Source of the DNA: Octopus vulgaris
Lineage: Eukaryota
Length of the DNA stretch: 64,000 nt
Direction of reading: 5' to 3'
Assembly: GCA_951406725.2 (NCBI GenBank)
Contig: OX597828.1
Location: 43,028,001-43,092,000, forward strand
How positions within the stretch are numbered: position 1 is the stretch's first letter; the number at the start of each line of letters is the position of its first letter. Positions 28,810 through 44,114 of this stretch are shown here, piece after piece. Under the pieces are notes generated by a model. The model did no database searches. It was given only the letters and a program-made list of their open reading frames with translations, and was not told where the DNA came from. Made by a program: the position numbers and the translations under genes.

Positions 28810-29239
28810 TATGTAAATAAATGTAAATACCTGTGTGTGTATGTGCGTGCGAATTTGTTCTTGCACATCAATTTTTTTTTCCCCTTTTATATCCATTAAA
28901 GGCAGAAGAAATTCGACGCAATAGTATGCTTTACTAAATATGTTGAAATATCAAAGGTAATAATATATTCTCGAAGATTAAGCGAAGAAGACTGACTTGA
29001 TCATTCCGAATGCTACTGGTTTGGCTTTCTAATTTAATATAATCCAGACTATATAGTCTTGTTTGGAAAGTATTTTCGTCTTTATAACCTTAGCGTAATG
29101 TGAACTTTGCTTGCATTAAACCACATAACACGCATACATACGTATAGACATGCACGCATACATGCGTATAGACATGCACGCAATCACATGCACACATAAC
29201 CATACGCACACACATACACACACGCATATATTTACATGC

Positions 29240-29409
29240 TCTTTTACTCTTTTACTCTTTTACTTGTTTCAGTCATTTGACTGCGGCTATGCTAGAGCAC
29301 CCCCTTTAGTCGACCAAATCGACCCCAGGATGTATTCTTTGTAAACCTAGTACTTATTCTATCAGCATACGATGTTGGAGGGAAGGGGGCAAACACAGAC
29401 ACAAACACA

Positions 29410-29501
<92 letters not shown>

Positions 29502-29655
29502 CATATACATATATACGACGTGCCTCTTTCAGTTTCCATTTACCAAATTCACACACAAGGCTTTGGTCGGCCCGAGGCCATAGCCGAAGACACTTGCTCA
29601 ATGTGCCACGCAGTGGGACTGAACCCTGAACCATGTGGTTGGTAAGCAAGCTACT
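29240..29655 (-). mobile_element. Family B SINE with internal (CA)n
   Basis: Reverse complement of the family B head and tail. Confidence 0.85.
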
Positions 29656-30073
29656 TTATTTCATTAACATTTGCCATAAAGGCATTACAATGAGTAGCTT
29701 GCGGGCTGGACGTGTACATGAATGAGGTGAATGATGAAAAAAGGATGATATTGATGGGAGAAGACAAAGAGCGCCCGTCGACTTTTTGCTTCTCTAAAAT
29801 ATTCTTCTTTTCTTTTTTTCACTAGAAAAAAAAACAAACAAAACGACGTGTTGAACCTCTCACTACAGCTTTTGCAATTATAGGACTTAATAGTCCATTA
29901 TAAACAATAACATGCAATAAAATACTATAAAATATTCAATATACAGTCAACACTAGTCCATTTACAAAGGAGGCACTGAGCCTCTTACACATTATAGCAC
30001 TGAGGCATTTCAACCTCTTGTCAATTTTCCACCTCAACGAGGTATTGTACCTCTCACTACAGTTTTTGCAATT

Positions 30074-31300
30074 ATCGGACTTAATAGTCCATTACAAATA
30101 ATAACATACAATAAAATACAATAAAATATTCAATATACAGTCAACACTAGTCCATTTTCAAATGATGCTTAATAACTACCACTTTTTCAAGCACTTTGAA
30201 GGTTTCCTCTTTGAACGCAATTTCAGTATCAGTTTGATTTTTGAACTCCTCTCGCAGGAAACCTTCAAGGTGCTTGAAAAAGTGATAGTTAGTACGAGAA
30301 AGGTCTGGGGGATAAAAGCTGGGTGGGGCAGAACTTCGTAGTCAAGTTTCTTCAACTTTTGGAGCGTCATTAGTGAAATGCGTGGTCGAGTATTGTCTTG
30401 AAGAATGATTGACCCTCTTCTGTTGACCAGTCTGGGACGGGGGAGTAGCAGTTTTTCATTCATTTTGACAATTTCATGGCAATATGTTTCTGTGGAAGCA
30501 CTCCGTCGGTTACGACGACGAGGGTTCCGGTTGATCCGAATCAACGGAACAGCCTGCTCGTGAAATTAACGTGTAAGTGACTCAGCACTCCACAGACACG
30601 TGTACCCTTAACGTAGTTCTCGGGGATATTCAGCGTGACACAGAGAGTGACAAGGCCGGCCCTTTGAAATACAAGGTACAACAGAAACAGGAAGTAAGAG
30701 TGAGAGAAAGTTGTGGTGAATGAGTACAGCAGGGATCACCACCATCCCTGTCGGAGCCTCGTGGAACTTTTAGGTGTTTTCGCTCAATAAACACTCACAA
30801 CGCCCGGTCTGGGAATCGAATCCGCGATCCTACGACCGCGAGTCCGCTGCCCTAACCACTGGGCCATTGCGCCTCCTTATATGTTTCTGTAGTAATGGTT
30901 TTACCGGGTTTTAAGAAATAGTAGTGGATGAGTGCAACAGTACACCACCGAAGATCTCGGATTTAGGGAAGTTTTTTGTTGCTTCATTTTGCTCCAACCA
31001 CTGCGAAGAACGCTTTTTATTTTTGTACAGAAAACACTTTTCATCGCAAGTTACAGTACAGTCGAGAAATGGATCCTTCCAGTTATAGAGAAGAAGCGGC
31101 GGGCAAATTTCATATCTGCGCATTTTCTGATTTTCATTCAAATCGTGTGGTACCCGTTTGTCGAGCATTTATGATTTTCCGATCGCATGAAAATGTTTGC
31201 AGGCAGTTTTCTGGCTTACTTGAAGTTCTTTTGTCGGTACTCTAGTAGTTTTACGTGGATCTTTGTCATGGACGGTCTTCGAATTAGCTTTCTCCATTTT
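30074..31300 (-). pseudogene. Degraded mariner (Tc1/mariner DD34D-type) transposase, interrupted by a SINE
   Basis: KRVPHDL (WVPHEL motif), VTCDEK, ILQDNTRP (HDNARPH), EVLPHPA followed by a frameshifted SPDL-like motif. Several frameshifts. Confidence 0.88.
30494..30878 (-). mobile_element. Young tRNA-derived SINE family C, copy 1
   Basis: ~385 bp with a 12-bp TSD ATATGTTTCTGT (30482-30493 / 30879-30890). Near-identical to 42352-42736 and 62240-62621. Confidence 0.93.
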
Positions 31301-31308
31301 GTTGCTGA

Positions 31309-31385
<77 letters not shown>

Positions 31386-31398
31386 ATCTAGCTATCTA

Positions 31399-31436
<38 letters not shown>

Positions 31437-31504
31437 ATATATATATATCTATATATCAATCTATCTAATCTGTCATTTTATCTGTCTATCTATATTTATT
31501 TATT

Positions 31505-31588
<84 letters not shown>

Positions 31589-31792
31589 TATATACATATA
31601 CATAGATATATATATATACATATATATATATTATATATACATATATTGATTGCTACATATGTTTATATACATGCATATATACATATATATATATATATGG
31701 ATGCATATATATATATATTATATCATTTATATTTATCTGTCTAACTATATAAATACTGTGTATATATATATAGTTAGACAGATAGATATAAA

Positions 31793-31855
<63 letters not shown>

Positions 31856-31893
31856 TATAGATAGACAGATAAAATGACAGATAGATTAGATAG

Positions 31894-31986
<93 letters not shown>

Positions 31987-32866
31987 TACATATATACATA
32001 TATAAATATATGCATGCATATATTCACGTACCTACACATATTCACACACATACACACACACATACACACACTCTTATATGCACTGACATATATGGTGGGT
32101 GTATCTTATATAATTGTACATGAAACAATTATGAAATTGAAATGCGGAAATAATGGAGCTACAAGATACAGTGAAGCTCCGTTCTATAAAATCATATTAA
32201 ACTTATAATATACTATGCGTAATTACACAAAGAAAAACATGAAAATACACTAGGAAACAGAAATATATATATATATATATATTAAGAGCATCAGGATTTT
32301 CATACTTCAGCTCTGTAATTCTCTGTCTCACTCCCTTTCTCGCACGCACACACACATACATACACACAGACAAATGCACAAATGCACGAACGCACATATA
32401 CACACGCACACGCACACAAGCACTCACATATGCGTGTATGCGTAGGTACGTGCCTTTTTCCGTATCTTTCGAAGTCAATATCTCTCTCTTTCTTTCTTTC
32501 TTTTTCTCTTTCTGATTACACACACACACACATACACATACACACACACACACAAATATAGATATATAAATATATATACACAGTTATACATACATACCTG
32601 CACACACATATACATACCTATATATATGTAGATAAGTAGATAGATATAGATAGATATGAGCGTATGTGTGTGAGCGTTTTGTATGTGCATGTATGTATAT
32701 ATATATATATATATGCATGTATGTGTATATACAAATATACGTATACACACCAATACATATCACATTAGATATAGAAACATGCATTGACACACACATTCAC
32801 ATATATGTATAAAGAGATCTGTCAATTGATAGATAGATAGATAGATAGATATACAGATTGATAGAT

Positions 32867-32903
<37 letters not shown>

Positions 32904-33319
32904 TTGTGTGAGCGAGAAAAAGAGAGGGAGGGAGCAGGAGGTCCAGATACACTGAAGCTTACATGTGTGTATGTGTGTGTGTGAGGGTGGGGAGAAACAC
33001 GGATAAAATGTATCTAGTTAATCCATCCATCAATACATCCATCCATCTTTCTATATCTATATCTATACCAATACGCACAAACACACACTCACACACATGT
33101 GTATAATACATACATGTACACGCGTATAATACATACATGTACACGCGTATACACCAGCATAAACGAAATAATAAAACAAAGGCAGCTAAGTACATAATGC
33201 AGAGTGTTTATCTCATTAATATTCTTTCAAATTTTTCCGCCATGTTTGTACTCGATGCCATCCATCCACTTGATAGGATATACATTTATCACACAGCCTA
33301 CCAAAGATGCGTGTTCTTA

Positions 33320-34100
<781 letters not shown>

Positions 34101-34341
34101 TGTGTTTGTGGCATTAATAGCAGTGTAATTTTTCAAGTTGCGGTCCTTGCTATGATTATCATTGTTCTTATTTTTGTTGATATTTTTTAAAAATTTGCTT
34201 TTAATCGTTGTTATTGTTGTTTTGTTGTACGTGCTGTTGTTTCATTCGAATTAGTGTCATGTCATTATTATTTTCGATTTTGAGTTTCATGTGTCATTTA
34301 ATCAATCGCTATTCCAATTATACATACATTCATATACATAT

Positions 34342-34412
<71 letters not shown>

Positions 34413-34653
34413 GTATATATATATATGTACATTTATATTTATATATATACATTTATATATATAAATGTATATATTTATATATTTATATTTATATATATAT
34501 ACAGATATATATAAATATATGTATATACATACATGCATATATACATTTCCATTTGTAAATATTAATCTGAATATTTTTATTTTAAAAATACGCTGTAGAT
34601 AGAATGTATGCAAGCGCAAGATATATATTAGTATAAAATCAAAATAGCAAAAA

Positions 34654-34709
<56 letters not shown>

Positions 34710-34960
34710 TTATATGTATATGTGATGGTGTGTAAGGATAAAAATATACGCACGCATACTCACATATATGTACGTTTGCACACATAGACATACACACACA
34801 TACACATATATACATTTAAAGATATAAACTATATATCATGGGTATGTATATATATATATATACATATATATATTCATATATATATATATATTATATATGT
34901 ATGCATATATGTAATATATATATATTTATGTATGTATATCACCATATATATACATATACA

Positions 34961-35030
<70 letters not shown>

Positions 35031-35372
35031 TATATATATATATATATTTACATACATATACGTACGTACCCACAAAGATATATACTTTATATATCTTTAT
35101 TGGAAGGTGGCATCTATGTGCTTGTTTGTTTGTGTGTGTTTGTGAAAGGAGGGGGAGAGAGAGAAAGAGAGAGAGAGAGAGAGCTTATATATATATATAT
35201 ATGTATATATATAGTTTCATAATTCCTCACATATCTTACGTCATTTATGTACATACACACATATTTAACAGATATTTATTCATAATTGAAATCTCCAGCT
35301 CAACAATCACCATTTGTATTACACACAATACATTTGCAGCCATACACGGAAACGCTGATGCACACAGACACA

Positions 35373-35410
<38 letters not shown>

Positions 35411-35450
35411 GTTACTTACTCAACTGCGCAAGCCCGCACACATATAGGTA

Positions 35451-35487
<37 letters not shown>

Positions 35488-36470
35488 GTATATATATGTA
35501 TATATATAAGCTTACATTAATACGTATTGTTTCTCCATTGTAGCTTTGCTGTTTTTCTAATTTTCTATTATCAGCATTTCGATCAGCGTAATTTTGCCCA
35601 TATTTCGCCAATAACCACAACAATATCAAGAACAACAACAACAACAACAAAAACAACAACAAAAACAACAAGAACAACAACAGCATCACCAAAAAGAAGA
35701 ACCACGATAACAGCACCAGTAGCACCAGACAACAACTCCAACAACAATAATAACTACAGTGTCAAGAACAATATTAAGAAAAATAAGATTAATAATATTA
35801 ATATTTTATAATACCACACACACACACATATATACACACACATATATATATATATATACATATAAACGTATATCTATATCTATATACATATATACCTATT
35901 TGTATTATATATATACATATATATATGTGTATATATATGTATTTATATATGCATATATATATGTATATATATATGCATATTTATACATATGTGTATATAT
36001 ATATATGTATATATATTTATATATACGTATATAAATATATATATCTATATGTATACACATACATATATATGTATGTACTATTTAAAAGTTATGTTTTATC
36101 AGGTATATATCTATTTGTCTGTGCGTCTGTCTGAATATATATACATACATATACATACATACGTACATTCATACCTAACCCCCCTACACACCCACACGTA
36201 TATTCTTTTGAACCAAAATTCATTTCTCAACTGAAAAAACTTCAATCTCACATAATAATATTACAAAACGATATAAATATTTCGGCAAATGAATATGACA
36301 AACTAATATTGTAAATCAATATTAAGCAATATAAATGCAGTATTTCGTAAGCTAGAAAAACTATAACCACAAAAATCAAACCACAGAAGACATGACAATA
36401 ATTGTCAGACACATAGTGGCGTAGATATCTGAATATATGTTCACGACAAACCAATTACCCGCTGGTATTT

Positions 36471-36710
36471 AAGGCGGCGAGCTGGCAGAATCGTTAGCAC
36501 GCCGGACGGAATGCTTAGCGGTATTTCGTCTGTCTTCACATTCTGAGTTCAAATTCCGCCGAGGTCGACTTTGTCTTTCATCCTTTCGGGGTCGTTTAAA
36601 TAAGTACCAGTTACGCACTGGGGTCGATATAATCGACTTAATCCGTTTGTCTGTCCTTGTTTGACCTCTCTGCGTTTAGCCCCTTGTGAGTAGTACAGAA
36701 ATAGGTATTT
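36471..36710 (+). mobile_element. Family A SINE, near full length
   Basis: AAGGCGGCGAGCTGGCAGAATCGTTAGC...GAGTTCAAATTCCGCCGAGGTCGACTTTG. Confidence 0.88.
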
Positions 36711-36817
36711 GAGCCTTCCACCGTACCTTGAATCCTTGTTCTAATCGGGCTAGGACTAAATTTTTACAGGTAAAGTGTGTCGACTGTTTGGGGATCTTGC
36801 TGAATGTCCATTAGTTT

Positions 36818-37076
36818 TATTGGGTTGGTGCTTAATTATTGCGGCTTTTTTTCAACAAATTTTATTCAACAAAATCAATAACAATATTTAACAAAGACAT
36901 CTTTAAATGACGGTTTGGCTGTCTGTCAACCAAATGGGAAGTAGTAATTGAAGTAGATGGTGAATATGCTCCGGAATAATCATTTAAAGATGTTTTTGTT
37001 ACATGTTGTTATAGTTTTTGTCGAATAAAATTTGTTGAAAAAAAAAAAGCCATAATAATTATTCACCAACCCAGTA
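36818..37076. mobile_element. Mariner-derived MITE with ~90-bp TIRs
   Basis: TA-TTGGGTTGGTG...CACCAACCCAG-TA. The internal spacer encodes KWEVVIEVDGEYAPE*, similar to a mariner transposase C-terminus. Confidence 0.88.
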
Positions 37077-38178
37077 CAACGGATGATTAAAAACAGTATA
37101 ACGTACTAGAAAAAAAGATTAGCACAGCGATAAAAGAAGGAATTGTTGACACGTAGCTAGCTGACGATGTAAGGTATGGTTTTGTCCATGTCTTTATTTT
37201 TTGTGTTCCTGTAAACCCAGATAAGCCGCGTCTCAAAATAGACTTAATTCCTACTTCATATTCGACTAGCAGTTGAACCGTTGATCTCATGTATCAACTT
37301 AAGAGACTGACTATTTCTCCTCTGCAAATCTACTAATCCACTGACATTTAAGGACTGCATAAGTGTGTGATTTAAGCTGATATTTAACTAAAGGAGTAGC
37401 GAAAGATAACGACTTGTAGTTTTGTAGAAGGCTAATTAACGTTGTTGAGTGGCTGTTGTTTATGATTAGTTATACATAAAAGAAACAATCATTACGGTTC
37501 CTAGCGGTAAAACAAAGCTAAATAGTTACTCTTTTAACATTTTGCTTGCTTCAGTCATTTGACTACGGCCATGCTAGAGCATCGCCTTAAGTGATTTAGT
37601 CGAAGAAGTCAACACCAGGACGTATTCTTTGTAAGCATAGTACTTATTCTCTCGGTCTCTTTTGCCGAATCGCTAGGTTACTGGGACATTAACACACCAG
37701 CATTGGTTGTCAAGCGATGACGGGATCATAAACACACTCACACACACACACACACACACACACAATTCAGGACATGACTTCTTGCTGTGCCTGTTTAAGA
37801 ATTTGTAGAGGTAGGACATAAAAACTACTGATCATTTGGAATTAAATATAAACTCTAGATTTGGTTGCAATAAGCATAAAGAACGATTCCAGACCTGGTG
37901 GAGGTGTACATGAAAGCTTCGGATCTGGTGGAGGTAAAAATAAGATATCTCAGGATCTGGTGGAGGTATGCATAAACACACATTCCGTATTAACAATTTC
38001 GTCAGCATTTGTTTTTTACAGGTTTCCAACTGACCAAACATTGGTTCATTGATCTAACTAAGCGAGAGTAACAAAGGAGAGCTTGTAACACGATGTTGCT
38101 TAAAGGAAATTATTCCTAAATGTATGACGAATGTATTGCATTTGCGGTTCTTTCCTAAGTGTATATACATGGATTATA

Positions 38179-38706
38179 TACAGTGTTATTCAAAAAGAAA
38201 GAGCAGATTTTAAATTTGTTTTTAAAACAAGCGGTAAGAGACACAAACACATTCTACATATTTCTTGATAAGGGAAGGTTTAAAGTTTATTTTAAGATAG
38301 CATGCACTCAACATCGAAATCTTTTTCTGTGAAACTTTTATGTTGTTCGTAAATTTGCTTGTGACAAAGTGGATGTTTATTGAATTGGCGGCGAAATTCA
38401 CATTACACTTGCACAATCGATTCGCATTTCTCAAACTGCAGCACACAAAAAGACTTTACTTGTGGCGTCGCTATTTTCTAAGGGATTACACAAATGAAAA
38501 TTATACAACTTTTATTAAAATGAACAAAATGAAGCATTAAAACAAAATTAAAATATTATTCTATTTAAGGCTTAATTCAATTGATCATGTTCAACTATGA
38601 ACTTGAAACCTTCCCCTATCAAGAAATATGTAGAATGTGTTTTGCGTCTCTTACCATTTGTTTTAAAAATAAATTTGAAATCTGCTCTTTGTTTTGAATA
38701 ACTCTG

Positions 38707-38708
<2 letters not shown>
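38179..38708. mobile_element. Tc1/mariner-type MITE with ~110-bp TIRs
   Basis: TA-CAGTGTTATTCAAAA...TTTTGAATAACTCTG-TA. Confidence 0.88.
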
Positions 38709-38747
<39 letters not shown>

Positions 38748-38749
<2 letters not shown>

Positions 38750-39125
38750 AATACAAAATGGGACAAGAACGCAAAACATCCGGACAAATAGGTGATACAA
38801 AAAGGGACAACAAAACATCCAGATTGACGATACAAAAAAAAAAGAAAAAACAAGGACGACTCATTCGAAGCTTTCTATCCTCAGTCAAGGACCGGATCAT
38901 CAATGCTCTTAGCTTAGTTTTTCCTTGGGGCTGGCCAGATTGGAGTAATCTCTAGAATTTATCAGCCGAAATTGCGAGGATGATCCGGTTCTTGACTGAG
39001 GATAGAAAGCTTCGAATAACCCGTCCTTGTTTTTTTTTTGTATCGTGTATCTGGATATTTTGTTGTCCCTTTTTGTATCACCAAGTTGTCCGGATGTTTT
39101 GCGTTCTTGTCCCATTTTGTATTAT
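38748..39125. repeat. Fold-back pair of family F copies (arms ~150 bp, spacer ~77 bp)
   Basis: 38751-38901 is the reverse complement of ~38979-39122. TA repeats lie outside both arms. Confidence 0.9.
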
Positions 39126-39194
39126 ATATATAGCGGCGTACACGTACACTTTGTTCTCTTATATATACATACATCCATACACACAAACACACAT

Positions 39195-39245
<51 letters not shown>

Positions 39246-40354
39246 ACTTCTTTTAGCTCCTCCCTTCATCCTCATGGTAATAATATCCATGTTATTTGGC
39301 CCTCTGCAAAACAAAATCATCTTTTGAATATGCAGTGAGCAAAGAAAACACGTTTCCTATTTCAGTTTGTAATTAGGTAGTTATCTTTATATTCTTTGGT
39401 TGTTGCCTAATAGATAAGGATAAGATTAACTAACATTTGGAGGTGAATTTAATTTCAAAAACAATATAATTTGTCCAAATATAATTTACTTACCCCCCCA
39501 CATACAAACACACACTCACCCCCACTTATATGTATACCTTTTAAATTTGTTTATGGGAAACGTTTTGAATATGCAAATAAAGCTCCTATTTCATTATGCT
39601 GGCCACAGTCTAATAAATCCTGACTGGGGAACCGGTTTTGCGGGGTTGCATCAAGCTGTACCAATATAATGTGGGGTAAATACAATAATAATAACAACAA
39701 TAAGCCTTGGATAGAATTTATAAGAGCATATAAATTCCATCTGAGGATCATCATCATCATCATCATTATTATTATTGAGTGATAGAGCAGTGCATGCCAT
39801 CAAAGTGACACTGGGGTAAAATATACGAAGCCCAGTATACCCATCATGACTACCCGTCTGGTTAGGGTACACCAGGCACAATGCAGTGAGAGAGGTGACA
39901 GGGAGAGATAAAGAAGGAGAGAGAAGGGAAAGAGAGAGAGAGAGATCCAGTTATGGCTGACATATTTGGTTCTAAGTCTGACGGAGCAAGAATAACTTGA
40001 GAGCTAAATGACCACCACAACGACAACAACAGCAACAAGAGACAATCCAAATCCGAAGGAGTAAACACAGAGGAATGCAAAACAATTAATGTGTGCATGG
40101 GGATGGCTGTGTGTGTGTGTGGGGGGGGGGGGGGGAGGTGTTGACAACTTTAGGTAAGATGCTCTTCAGAATGTGCCACTCCAATGTCTCAGATATTTCA
40201 CAGACATTCCTTTCGATTATCTTCCATTCCTAATTCTCCTCAATGGTTTTTTAGCAAAACACAATTATCATTACAACAGGACCAATTGACCGCCCCGCCA
40301 TAAAAAAACATTAGATCCCCACCGCCAATCCTAACCAACCAACCAACCAACCGA

Positions 40355-40571
40355 TCATCATCAACATCATCATCATCATCATCACAGGCAACAACACTAC
40401 CACCAGCACCACCGTCATTATCATCATCACCATCATCGTTATCATCATCATTATCATCATGATCCTCATCATCGTTATCATCATCATTATCATCATGATC
40501 CTCATCATCATGATCCTCATCATCATCGTCGTCGTCATCATCATCGTCATCATCATCATCATCATCGTCAT

Positions 40572-40642
<71 letters not shown>

Positions 40643-40880
40643 GCAGCAAGACAGTAACGAACGTCATCATCATCATCAGCAGCAGCTGCAGCAGCGTCGT
40701 CGTCATTGTCGTTGTCATCATTACCACCATCGTCAGCACCATCATCATCATTATCATCATCATCATCGTCGTCGTCGTGGTTTTCGGCGTCATTATTACC
40801 TTTGTCGTCATCATAATCCTGACCATTATCCATCATCATCATCATCATCATCAGTAATGAACGTAATCATCATCATCAAC
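40355..40880. repeat. (CAT)n/(CAG)n/(CGT)n compound microsatellite
   Basis: Direct inspection. Confidence 0.95.
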
Positions 40881-40969
40881 ATCTTCATCATCATTGTCAT
40901 GAGCGACAACAGCAGACACAGCAACAACAACAACACAAACGGGATCATCTATTTGCCACATCATCTTAA

Positions 40970-41012
<43 letters not shown>

Positions 41013-41647
41013 AGAGAGATTGAGAACGAAGGAGAGAGAGAGAGAGAAATGATTGGAGGGGAGGGGAGGGGGTCACCTCATTTTCATAACGCACCACTTC
41101 CACCTCCACCCTTCTGTTCACTTTCCCTCCTTTCCCCCTCCCCCCCTTACACTTATGACGACATTTTTTTTTTTCTTGCCTTCCTACATCCTGTATTTAT
41201 CAAATGTCTTACTAATTACTCTTCGCGCTATTACTTTCCTTACACTAGCCTCCATATGTCATCACGCTGAACTTCATCAAATTAATATGTACTTTCTACA
41301 TCTGATCCTCCAGCCTCCTACTACGACTACACACACCTTCCTCTCCCTTTCCCCCCCCGCTCTCTCAGTCTCTCTGTGACTGTATGTATATTCAATATAA
41401 GAGTGTGCATGTATTTGTGTGTGTGTGTGTGTGTATAGGTCTTTTAAGTTATATCAAATAATGTGGCCTTCTTAATAAGGGCGTGTGTTAAATTACTCTT
41501 GTTTCTGTCAGTAGGTATGAACCTATGCTTTTACACATACGTATGTCTGTGTGTGTGTGTGCACGAGAGTATATACATATATATATATGTACATATATAT
41601 GTATATATATACATACATACATATACGTATATGTATATATGTGTGAG

Positions 41648-41691
<44 letters not shown>

Positions 41692-41829
41692 AACACACAC
41701 ATATGGATAATATATATATACATGTAAATATGTGTATATATCATTGTATGTTTTACATATATAAACTTGTGTGTGTGTATATATATATGTGTGTGTGTAT
41801 ATATATGTATATATGTATATGTAAATATG

Positions 41830-41896
<67 letters not shown>

Positions 41897-42351
41897 GTAT
41901 GTATATGTATATATATGCGCGTTTATATGTGTGCGTTCGTGTACATTCGTCACTAATCGTTGTACAGTTGAGTAATTAACATTTTAGTTTTTTCTGTCTC
42001 ACATTTAACCTGATATGTCTCCGAGAATTCAGTACAGAGTGATTATATGGCCGACCCAGTAGGAGCTGTTGCGAAGATTGCACCTACCATCACCACCACC
42101 ACCACCACCAACCACCAACCACCAACCACCAACAACACTACAACAACAACAACAAAAACAGCTGCATCAGAAACAGTGGCAACAATTACTACATCATCAT
42201 CATCATCATCATCAACATCAGCAACGACAACAATTAGGCGAGAACATCATTGAAAACAACGCTGTTGCAATTAAGACGCAATCAAAATTTATGCGATCGA
42301 AAGATCAACGGCACCATCACTAACAACAACAACAACAACAACAACATCGAT

Positions 42352-42736
42352 GGACGGAAGCACTCCGTCGGTTACGACGACGAGGGTTCCGGTTGATCCG
42401 AATCAATGGAACAGCCCGCTCGTGAAATTAACGTGTAAGTGGCTGAGCACTCCACAGACACGTGTATCCTTAACGTAGTTCTCGGGGATATTCAGCGTGA
42501 CATAGAGAGTGACAAGGCCGGCCCCTTTGAAATACAGGTACAACAGAAACAGGAAGTAAGAGTGAGAGAAAGTTGTGGTGAAAGAGTACAGCAGGGATCA
42601 CCACCATCCCCTGCCGGAGCCTCGTGGAGCTTTAGGAGTTTTCGCTCAATAAACACTCACAACGCCCGGTCTTTGAATCGAAACCGCGATCCTATGACCG
42701 CATCCGCTGCCCTGACCACTGGGCCATTGCGCCTCC
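42352..42736 (-). mobile_element. Family C SINE, copy 2
   Basis: 11-bp TSD ACAACATCGAT (42341-42351 / 42737-42747). Confidence 0.93.
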
Positions 42737-43214
42737 ACAACATCGATAGCAACAATATGAATAACTGCTGTCAGAAAAGCAAAATATTATAGAATAATCA
42801 CAGCGATAGCAAGAAAATAATCAATAATAATGATCGTTTCTGCTACAGCAGTGGCGCACAATCGGGTCCCTTATGGCCCTAGGAGGTCCTTATAAAATTC
42901 TATTGAATTATTGAGCATATTTTAATAACCAGCGGATCTAGCAAGCGGGGCCTCATATCAGTGAGGGGGGCCGGTGCGCATTGATGCCGTCGAGAGTAAG
43001 CCCCGAAACGGCTCGCATTCTCTCCTGATGACCCCATACACTTGCTGGCTTCCGGTATACGGAGCTTTTGACTGGTAGCACTTGCATGTGCAAGTTGTTT
43101 GCAAGACATTTTGTTGTTAAAATTTATGTGAAATCAATTGGTTAAAAAACTGTTACTGAACGTCTCTCTTTGAGAGATTTAGAAATAAAAATATTTCTAT
43201 ATTTTGATCAGTGT

Positions 43215-43635
43215 AGGAGTAAGAGTGGCTGTGTGGTAAGTAGCTTGCTTACGGACCACATAATTCCGGGTTCAGTCCTACCGCGTAGTACGTTGGGCAA
43301 GTGTCTTCTATAGCTTTGAGCCGACCAAATCCTTGTGTGTGGATTTGGTAGACGGAAAGTGAAAGAAGCCCGTCGTATATATGTATATATATGTGTATGT
43401 GTGTGTATATGTTTGTGTGTCTGTGTTTGTCCAGTCCCCCCCCCCCCGCCAACATCGCTTGAAAACCGATGTTGTTGTGTTTAGGTCCCAGTAAGTTAGC
43501 GATTCAGCAAGAGAGACCGATAGAATAAGTACTAGGCTTACAAAGAATAAGTCCTGAAGTCGATTTGCTCGACTAAAGGCCGTGCTCCAGCATGGCCACA
43601 GTCAAATGACTGAAACAAATAAAAGAGTAAAAGAA
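43215..43635 (+). mobile_element. Family B SINE, full length
   Basis: tRNA-like head, internal TA/TG tract, and tail AAAAGAGTAAAAG. Confidence 0.88.
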
Positions 43636-44114
43636 TGGCTCTGCGTCACTTTGAAAACTATGTGTTCGAACGGTGAAATCGGCAGCGCCGTCTGGCCAAA
43701 GCAGCTAATCTGTGCTGATGAGGTGCAATAACCCAGAAACTAGTCCACAGATGGTGTGTGGTATAGCCAGCTAGAAACGATATTTCTTGTACTAAAGCAA
43801 AAGTAACATCGTCCCTTTCGGGACAGCCACATTATGTTGGCAAATAACCTTTTCTTTAAATTGTTTATACTTCAACAATACGCAAAATATTTTAACAATT
43901 TTTGTCGTACATTTCCTAATAATAACTAATAATAAGAATATAATAGGATATTTTTAAATATCGAATAGCTACAGGGGTCTACTAGAATAAAATAGGAGAC
44001 AAAAGGGGTCCATAGACAAGAGTCACTGAAGGGCCTGAATTTTCGTGGGGAAGAGGCTAGTAGATTATATTGAACCCAACGTTCTAATGGTATTTATTAT
44101 TTCATCGATTCCTA

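Noticed and set aside
30810-30878. SINE heads as additional tRNA genes
   Set aside because: A and B boxes are present, but there is no acceptor stem and they continue into SINE bodies with TSDs.
38990-39030. Hammerhead in family F (CTGAGGA...CGAA...GTC)
   Set aside because: The position fits the pattern, but GAAA and stem I pairing are missing in all three copies.
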